A stretch of DNA of 64,000 nt from Bacteroidota bacterium. Its GTDB lineage: Bacteria; Bacteroidota; Bacteroidia; UKL13-3. The notes below the pieces were generated by a model. That model searched no databases. It saw only the letters and a list, made by a program, of their open reading frames with translations, and had not been told where the DNA came from. Below are positions 57,531 through 64,000 of this stretch, one piece after another (within the stretch, counting starts at the first letter, position 1; every line of letters begins with the position of its first letter). The stretch spans positions 15,421 to 79,420 of the forward strand of contig JANYDU010000001.1 in the NCBI GenBank assembly GCA_025359805.1, read 5' to 3'. The translations under genes and the position numbers were made by a program.

Positions 57531-58640
57531 ATGAAAATACTACTGTACAATTTTTTATCACTTCTATTATTAATTATAGTGGTTGAAGTCGTGCTCAGAT
57601 TTTTTCCAGTTGATGATCCCTATCAGAGTTATAAACAATTCATCAAACCAACATTAATCCGATCGCAATTTCTTCCTCATATGAAACTTGAATTCGAAAA
57701 TGAAGATTCACTTCTTGGTTTCAGTTCTTATATGAAAAAAACAAATTTTACTACTAATTCTATGGGATTTAGAGGTGTTGAGATTGATCCTAAAGATACT
57801 AACTCATTTAGAATATTTTGTATTGGAGGGAGCACAACAGAATGTATGAGATTAAATGATGGAGACGATTGGCCTGGATTAGTTCAAAAGTCATTACCTT
57901 TATTTGAAAACAAGAAGGTTGAAGTTCAGAATTGCGGAAAATCGGGAGACGATCTTCAAGACCATCTTTCTATGTTGATATATCGAGTTGCTTATTTAAA
58001 GCCAGATGTAGTTATCATATTTTCTGGTATTAATGATGTTAGAAGATCTTATTTTGATGATAATCCATACAATATTGAATTAAATCGTATATCAAGAATT
58101 CCTTTTATTAAAATGTGGGCCTCAGAATTCCAATTATATAGACGATTTTATAATGTGATTAAAAACCAATCTGCTCCTTCTGCTGAAAGCATTTCAATAA
58201 AATCAAATTATAAAGAACAAGTAATTTACGAAAAAAAGGCTCCACGTTCGGATAGTGTTCCTCCTGTAGACAATGCTATTTACAGAAGTAAATTAAAATC
58301 TATTATTGGAATTTGTAAAGCAAATAATATAAGATTGATTATAGCTACACAAAAAACGAATTGGACAACAAATGATGTAATGCTTAAAAAATGGCTTTAT
58401 ATGAATTTGATTTATGATGTTGCCTATAATAAAGTTATTCTTCAAATGAAAATGGACGAACTTAATAATATTCAAAAAAGTGTGTGTAGAGATTTTAAAG
58501 TTGAAGTTTTGGATGTAGATTCACTCATTCCTGGTTCAGCAAAATACTTTTACGATGATTGTCACTTTAACCCAGAAGGGAGTATAAAAATGTCAGAACT
58601 TGTATTATCTAAAATTAATAACAAAACCAATATAAAATGA
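57531..58640 (+). CDS. Membrane-anchored SGNH/GDSL-family protein
   Basis: N-terminal TM; IGGSTTEC; SGIND (block III); DDCHFNPEG. Confidence 0.8.
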   Translation: MKILLYNFLSLLLLIIVVEVVLRFFPVDDPYQSYKQFIKPTLIRSQFLPHMKLEFENEDSLLGFSSYMKKTNFTTNSMGFRGVEIDPKDTNSFRIFCIGGSTTECMRLNDGDDWPGLVQKSLPLFENKKVEVQNCGKSGDDLQDHLSMLIYRVAYLKPDVVIIFSGINDVRRSYFDDNPYNIELNRISRIPFIKMWASEFQLYRRFYNVIKNQSAPSAESISIKSNYKEQVIYEKKAPRSDSVPPVDNAIYRSKLKSIIGICKANNIRLIIATQKTNWTTNDVMLKKWLYMNLIYDVAYNKVILQMKMDELNNIQKSVCRDFKVEVLDVDSLIPGSAKYFYDDCHFNPEGSIKMSELVLSKINNKTNIK

Positions 58641-59005
58641 AAACTAATACACATAAAAATGACCTTAAAAGTATACTGGTAATTGTTACTGGATTTTTAG
58701 TTCTGTATTTTTTTACCAAGAATGAATGGCTTTTTTATATAGCTTTATCGGTAGCATTAGTATCATTAATAACTCCATTAGGCCAACATGCAATTTTATG
58801 GATTTGGGAAAAAATAGCGCACGTTTTGGGCTGGATAAATACCAGAATTTTATTGACAATTGTTTTCTACGGATTTTTATTCCCAATATCTTTAATTACA
58901 AGAATAAAATTCAGAAATCTTCTTCAACTTAAAAAACAAGGTAAATCTATTTTTGAAGAACGTAATCACTTATATACTAAAGAAGATCTTGAAAATCCTT
59001 GGTAA
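58637..59005 (+). CDS. SxtJ-family membrane protein
   Basis: Two N-terminal TM segments, then WEKIAHVLGWINTRILLTIVFYGFLFPISLI.R..LL.L...S.F; ends LENPW. Confidence 0.8.
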   Translation: MKTNTHKNDLKSILVIVTGFLVLYFFTKNEWLFYIALSVALVSLITPLGQHAILWIWEKIAHVLGWINTRILLTIVFYGFLFPISLITRIKFRNLLQLKKQGKSIFEERNHLYTKEDLENPW

Positions 59006-59010
59006 GTTTT

Positions 59011-60009
59011 ATGGAATTAAAAAATAAAAAAGTATTAGTTACTGGTGCCGATGGATTTATAGGTAGTCATTTGGTGGAGAGACTTCTTGATGAAGGCTGT
59101 ATCGTAAAAGCATTTTGTTATTATAACTCCTTCAATTCTTGGGGTTGGATTGATTCATTTCCAAAAGAAAAAATAAATCAATTGGAGATTTTTACGGGTG
59201 ATGTGCGCGACCCAAACGGTGTGCGCGAAGCTATGAAAGGCTGTGATATCGTTTTTCATCTTGCAGCACTTATTGCTATTCCTTATAGCTATCATTCACC
59301 AGATAGTTATGTGGATACAAATATTAAAGGTACTTTAAATATCGTTCAAGCTGCAAAAGATTTAGGCTTACAAAAAGTGTTGGTAACCTCAACTTCTGAA
59401 GTTTATGGAACAGCCTTGTATGTTCCTATTGATGAGAAACACCCTCGTCAGGGGCAATCACCTTATTCAGCAACAAAAATTGGAGCAGATCATTTAGCAG
59501 ATTCATTTTACAGGAGTTTTAACTTACCAGTAACTATCGTTCGTCCATTTAATACCTTCGGTCCACGTCAATCTGCGCGTGCCGTTATACCAACAATCAT
59601 TACGCAATTACTTGCAGGAAAAACAGAAATAAAATTAGGAGCCATTCATCCAACACGTGATTTACTTTTTGTAAAAGATACCGCAAATGGTTTTGTTGAA
59701 ATTGCGAAATCTGATTCTACAATTGGTGAAGAAATAAATATTGCCACTTCATCGGAAATTGCGGTAGGAGATTTAGCTCAAAAGCTAATTGATATGATTA
59801 ACCCTTCTGCAAAAATTATAACTGATGATATAAGATTAAGACCAGAAAAAAGTGAGGTGGAAAGATTATTTGGCAGCAATAAAAAAATCCTTGAACTCAC
59901 CAACTGGAAACAACAATTTTCTTTAGATGAAGGTTTGCAACTAACCATTGATTGGTTTAAAAATCCTGAAAATTTACAACGATATAAATCTGACATTTAT
60001 AATGTTTGA
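59011..60009 (+). CDS. legB: NAD-dependent 4,6-dehydratase, LegB family
   Basis: VTGADGFIGSHL, YNSFNSWGW, HLAALIAIPYSYHSP, TSTSEVYG, QSPYSATK, RPFNTFGPRQSARAVIP, RLRPEKSEV.RL. Confidence 0.85.
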   Translation: MELKNKKVLVTGADGFIGSHLVERLLDEGCIVKAFCYYNSFNSWGWIDSFPKEKINQLEIFTGDVRDPNGVREAMKGCDIVFHLAALIAIPYSYHSPDSYVDTNIKGTLNIVQAAKDLGLQKVLVTSTSEVYGTALYVPIDEKHPRQGQSPYSATKIGADHLADSFYRSFNLPVTIVRPFNTFGPRQSARAVIPTIITQLLAGKTEIKLGAIHPTRDLLFVKDTANGFVEIAKSDSTIGEEINIATSSEIAVGDLAQKLIDMINPSAKIITDDIRLRPEKSEVERLFGSNKKILELTNWKQQFSLDEGLQLTIDWFKNPENLQRYKSDIYNV

Positions 60010-61147
60010 TCAAATAACTTCATTCATCAAAAAATATTATAATGCAGCAGAAGGCTTTATTCCATTGCATGAGCCAAGGTTTGTGGGTAATGATAAAAAA
60101 TATGTTTTAGATGCAATTGATTCCACCTATGTTTCATCAGTTGGTAAATACGTGGATCGTTTTGAAGAAATGATTCGTGATTACACTGGAGCTAAATATG
60201 CGATAGCAACAGTTAATGGAAGTGCCGCTTTGCACATGAGTTTAATACTCGCTGGAGTAAAACGTGATGAACTAGTTATCACACAACCGTTATCTTTTAT
60301 TGCCACTTGTAATTGCATTAGCTATATAGGTGCAGAGCCTTTATTTATTGATGTTGATATGCACACCATGGGATTATCTGCGGAAAAATTGGAAGTGTTT
60401 TTAAAAGAGAAAACGGAAATTAAGAATGGTTCGTCTTACCACAAAGAAACAGGTAAACGAATTGCAGCTTGTGTTCCTATGCACACATTTGGTCATCCTG
60501 TTGAATTAGATAAAATGGTTGAGCTGTGTAATCAATATCATATTCAATTAGTTGAAGATGCTGCCGAATCTATTGGCAGTAAATATAAAAATAAACATAC
60601 TGGAACTTTTGGTTTGCTTGGTGCATTCAGTTTCAACGGAAATAAAACAATTACTTGTGGTGGTGGTGGTGTAATTATTACCAACGATGAAAAATTGGGT
60701 AAGCTTGCAAAGCATTTAACAACTCAAGCTAAAGTGCCTCATAAGTGGGATTTTGTGCATGATTATGTGGGGTATAATTATCGACTACCCAATCTAAATG
60801 CAGCACTTGCTTGTGCTCAAATGGAAAAATTGGATGAGTTTATTTCAAACAAAAGAATACTTGCACATCAATATAAAAAATTATTTGAAGGAAGTGAAAT
60901 TAAATTTATGTCTGAGCCTGAAAATTCGTTTTCAAATTATTGGCTTAATAGTATTTTACTTAAAAATAGAGAAGAGCGAAACGCATTTCTTACTTTCTCA
61001 AATGACAAAAAAGTGATGACACGCCCAGCGTGGACGCTTATGAATAAATTAGAAATGTTTAAAAACTGTATTTGTGAAAATATTGATAACGCAGTTGATA
61101 TTGAAAACAGATTGGTAAATTTACCTAGTAGTGTGAAGATTTTTTAA
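60002..61147 (+). CDS. legC: LegC-family (DegT/DnrJ) aminotransferase
   Basis: IPLHEP, STYVSSVGKYVDRFE, VPMHTFGHP, EDAAES, SFNGNKTIT.GGGG, GYNYRLPNLNAA, RP.W..M, NLPSS. Confidence 0.88.
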   Translation: MFDQITSFIKKYYNAAEGFIPLHEPRFVGNDKKYVLDAIDSTYVSSVGKYVDRFEEMIRDYTGAKYAIATVNGSAALHMSLILAGVKRDELVITQPLSFIATCNCISYIGAEPLFIDVDMHTMGLSAEKLEVFLKEKTEIKNGSSYHKETGKRIAACVPMHTFGHPVELDKMVELCNQYHIQLVEDAAESIGSKYKNKHTGTFGLLGAFSFNGNKTITCGGGGVIITNDEKLGKLAKHLTTQAKVPHKWDFVHDYVGYNYRLPNLNAALACAQMEKLDEFISNKRILAHQYKKLFEGSEIKFMSEPENSFSNYWLNSILLKNREERNAFLTFSNDKKVMTRPAWTLMNKLEMFKNCICENIDNAVDIENRLVNLPSSVKIF

Positions 61148-61166
61148 TATAAATAAGAGACGATAA

Positions 61167-62966
61167 GTGTTTATAGATTACTGTAAAAAATTACTCATAC
61201 TTCTTACCAATAAAGAAAAAAAGAAATTACTTTTTCTTGCCTTATTAATGATTTTGGGTTCCATATCCGAAATAGTAGGAATTGGTGCACTTCCCGGATT
61301 TATTGCACTTATTGCAAAACCTGAAATGATTCAAAAAATTCCATTTGTATATCGTATAATTCAGCAATTAGGAATTACTTCCCAAAACGATTTGTTAATT
61401 TGGGGGTCTGTTTTTTTGATTATTATTTTTATTTTCAAAAATGGCTATCTTACTTTTTTGGCATACTATAAATCAAAGATTGTATTTGATATTCAGCTTA
61501 GGATGAGTTTTGACCTATTTAAATCCTATTTAAAAGCGCCATATTCTTTTCATTTAAATAGAAATTCATCAGAGTTGCTAAGCAATGTATATGATTCGGT
61601 AAAGATGATAATTGTGGGGGTGATAATTCCATTAATTTCAATTGTTATGGAATCATTACTTTTATTATTGGTTATGGGATTATTGGTTTTTATAGAGCCA
61701 GTTATTTCGCTTATAACAATATTCGTATTTGGTTTTTCGGGATTTATATATTTGAGGTACACAAAAAATAAATCCGTAAATTTTGGAAAGGAATTACAAA
61801 AATTAAGAGATGTTGTATTTAAAATTGTTACCGAAGGTTTGGTAGGATTTAAAGACGCTCGAGTACTTAACAGGGAAGATTATTTTATCAACCACTTTTA
61901 TACAAGTTCTGACAGAAATGCTAAAGGGCTTATGCACCAATCATTTACTAATAGCATAACAAAGCCCATTCTTGAAACTATTGCAATGATTGTAATGCTA
62001 TCCATTACTATTTCATTAGTTGTTAGAAATAATGACATATCGAGCATCCTTCCTTCCTTAGCTTTATTTGGTTTTGCCTCAATCAGACTTTTACCTTCTA
62101 TTAGCATTATTTTATCAGGATTTTCGAGTTTGAGATTTAGCTTTCCATCTATAAATCCAGTATGGAAAGATATGGAGTACTTGAAAAATGAAAAAGTTTC
62201 TCAGGATAGAATTTTTGATGAACATTCTAATGTATCACTCCAAAAACAAATTGAATTTAAAAATGTGAGTTATCAATATCCTGGAGCAGTTACTCAATCT
62301 TTAAAAGATATTAATATTAATATTCCAATGGGTAAGGCTATAGCTTTTGTTGGTTCTTCAGGGGCAGGAAAAACAACTATTGTAGATGTTACACTTGGAT
62401 TATTGCAGCCATCATTCGGAAAGATATTTGTAGATGGAATTGACATACATACAAATATTCCTTCTTGGCAAAAGCAAATTGGTTATATCCCTCAGCATAT
62501 TTTCTTAGCGGATAATTCTATTAGAAATAATATCGCTTTTGGAATTGATGAATCAGAAATTGATGATGTAAAAATTTGGGATGCAATTCGCCTCTCACAA
62601 TTAGAATCATTAATATTAGAATTACCTGAAGGGATTTATACAAATATTGGAGAACGTGGTGTAAGATTCTCTGGTGGTCAGCGTCAACGAATTGGTATTG
62701 CTAGAGCTTTATATCATAATCCTAAAATTCTTATTATGGATGAAGCTACATCTGCACTAGATAATATTACCGAAAAATATATTGTCCAAGAAATGGAAGC
62801 ATTAAAAGGCTCTCGAACTATAATTATCATAGCACATCGTTTAACCACAGTAATGAATTGTGATACTATTTATTTTATGGATAAAGGTGGAATAATAGAT
62901 CAAGGAAGTTATGACAGTTTGATCGAAAATAATCTTGCATTTAAAAAAATGGCACTTGTTGAATAA
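61167..62966 (+). CDS. ABC exporter, fused permease/ATPase (PglK/HetA-like glycan flippase)
   Basis: TM domain; GSSGAGKT; GERGVRFSGGQRQRIGIARALY; MDEATSALD; IAHRL. Confidence 0.9.
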   Translation: MFIDYCKKLLILLTNKEKKKLLFLALLMILGSISEIVGIGALPGFIALIAKPEMIQKIPFVYRIIQQLGITSQNDLLIWGSVFLIIIFIFKNGYLTFLAYYKSKIVFDIQLRMSFDLFKSYLKAPYSFHLNRNSSELLSNVYDSVKMIIVGVIIPLISIVMESLLLLLVMGLLVFIEPVISLITIFVFGFSGFIYLRYTKNKSVNFGKELQKLRDVVFKIVTEGLVGFKDARVLNREDYFINHFYTSSDRNAKGLMHQSFTNSITKPILETIAMIVMLSITISLVVRNNDISSILPSLALFGFASIRLLPSISIILSGFSSLRFSFPSINPVWKDMEYLKNEKVSQDRIFDEHSNVSLQKQIEFKNVSYQYPGAVTQSLKDININIPMGKAIAFVGSSGAGKTTIVDVTLGLLQPSFGKIFVDGIDIHTNIPSWQKQIGYIPQHIFLADNSIRNNIAFGIDESEIDDVKIWDAIRLSQLESLILELPEGIYTNIGERGVRFSGGQRQRIGIARALYHNPKILIMDEATSALDNITEKYIVQEMEALKGSRTIIIIAHRLTTVMNCDTIYFMDKGGIIDQGSYDSLIENNLAFKKMALVE

Positions 62967-62976
62967 TTATAATACT

Positions 62977-63996
62977 ATGGCTTTAGATCTAAACAATAAA
63001 TCAATTTTAATTACTGGTGGAACAGGTTCCTTAGGAAAAGAACTTACCAAAACTATTTTACAAAAATGGCCAAATGTAAAACGCTTAATTATATACTCAC
63101 GAGATGAACAAAAGCAGTTTCAAATGGCTCAAGAATATCCAGAATCAATATATAAATCGGTAAGATATTTTATTGGTGATGTGAGAGATTTGGAAAGACT
63201 AAAAAGAGCATTTACTAACGTAGATTATGTTATTCATGCGGCAGCTATGAAACACGTACATATTGCCGAATACAATCCTGATGAGTGTGTGAAAACAAAT
63301 GTTGGTGGTGCTGAAAATGTAATTAAAGCAGCTCTTGATTCAAGTGTTACAAAAGTTGTAGCACTATCAACTGATAAAGCTTGTGCACCAATTAATCTCT
63401 ATGGAGCTACTAAACTAACTTCAGATAAATTGTTTATAGCTGCAAATAACATAAAAGGAAATAAAGATATTAAATTTTCTGTGGTTCGTTACGGAAATGT
63501 AATGGGGTCAAATGGTTCTGTTATTCCTTTCTTTTTGAATAAAAGGAAAGAAGGGGTTTTGCCAATTACCGATCCCAATATGACACGTTTTAATATCTCA
63601 TTAACTGGTGGAGTTGATATGGTTCTTCATGCGTTAGATGAGGCTTGGGGTGGCGAAGTTTTTGTTCCCAAAATACCATCTTATAAAATTATGGATGTGG
63701 CGAAAGCTATTGGTCCTGAATGTGAGCATCGTGTTGATGGAATCAGACCCGGAGAAAAAATTCATGAAGAAATGATTACCAGTTCAGATTCATTTACAAC
63801 TTATGACTTAGGGAAATATTATGTAATACTTCCTCAAGTTCCCAATTGGGATTTACAAGAATATCTTAAACATTTCGATGCTCAATTAGTAAAAATTGGA
63901 TTCAGTTATTCATCTGGAGAAAATACAGAATGGGAGACAGTAGAGAGTTTAAGAAAATTAATTTCCGAACACGTAGACTCAACTTTTATCGTTTAA
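62977..63996 (+). CDS. pseB: UDP-GlcNAc 4,6-dehydratase (inverting), PseB family
   Basis: ITGGTGSLG, SRDEQKQ, HAAAMKHV..AEYNP.EC.KTN, LSTDKA..PINLYGATK, RYGNV.GS.GSVIP, GIRPGEK.HE. Confidence 0.9.
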   Translation: MALDLNNKSILITGGTGSLGKELTKTILQKWPNVKRLIIYSRDEQKQFQMAQEYPESIYKSVRYFIGDVRDLERLKRAFTNVDYVIHAAAMKHVHIAEYNPDECVKTNVGGAENVIKAALDSSVTKVVALSTDKACAPINLYGATKLTSDKLFIAANNIKGNKDIKFSVVRYGNVMGSNGSVIPFFLNKRKEGVLPITDPNMTRFNISLTGGVDMVLHALDEAWGGEVFVPKIPSYKIMDVAKAIGPECEHRVDGIRPGEKIHEEMITSSDSFTTYDLGKYYVILPQVPNWDLQEYLKHFDAQLVKIGFSYSSGENTEWETVESLRKLISEHVDSTFIV

Positions 63997-64000
63997 AATA

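Noticed and set aside
51957-59005. Saxitoxin biosynthetic cluster
   Set aside because: Only sxtI/J/K/L-like accessory genes are present. There is no sxtA, sxtG or other core gene, and the context is polysaccharide synthesis.
739-62107. The roughly 50 short ORFs (60-154 aa) of the track that overlap long genes in antisense or alternate frames, e.g. 1153..1458, 5213..5566, 42505..42780, 43255..43719
   Set aside because: They lie wholly or almost wholly within well-supported genes, have no recognisable motifs and show shadow-ORF composition.
45224-64000. Recent horizontal acquisition of the glycan locus
   Set aside because: Spot checks look somewhat more AT-rich than clpB, but this is normal for glycan loci. 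No integrase, tRNA, IS or boundary repeat is visible, and a sliding GC/codon analysis could not be run.

Overview
A 64-kb AT-rich, gene-dense chromosomal segment of a Bacteroidota bacterium. The assignment rests on T9SS sorting domains, an UpxY factor, TAnnTTTG promoter boxes and A-rich rather than Shine-Dalgarno translation starts. I found no rRNA, tRNA, CRISPR array, transposase, integrase or prophage. Left to right: (1) housekeeping genes (dacA, folP, DUF1599, DoxX-like, aroK, HU, dnaB); (2) two secreted T9SS-type proteins; (3) a minus-strand three-gene putative copper-uptake unit (Cys/Pro-Pro uORF, Met-rich barrel, MbnP-like lipoprotein); (4) yihY, aat, an OM barrel and a PIF1-like helicase; (5) an ECF sigma/anti-sigma pair between two very large PKD proteins with type-B T9SS tails, where the anti-sigma itself ends in such a tail; (6) RNA-modification and housekeeping genes, including a Hef/Mom-like gene and an unannotated 51-aa Cys peptide; (7) clpB and arfB; (8) the first ~19 kb of a surface-glycan locus (wza, wzc, wbpO/wbpP-like, upxY, wHTH regulator, carbamoyltransferase, MBOAT, three SGNH proteins, DUF5989/SxtK peptide, SxtJ, legB, legC, ABC flippase, pseB). 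The best candidate for an undescribed system is in block 8. An unannotated 49-aa membrane peptide ends in FIYTLF and the neighbouring MBOAT ends in FIYFQF, the DltX-type Tyr acyl-shuttle motif. This suggests a DltX-like relay that carries carbamoyl or acyl groups across the membrane to a glycan. Two other strong candidates are the T9SS-tail anti-sigma and a CruR-like metal-sensing arrest uORF. All family assignments are from motif recognition by eye; no database search was run.
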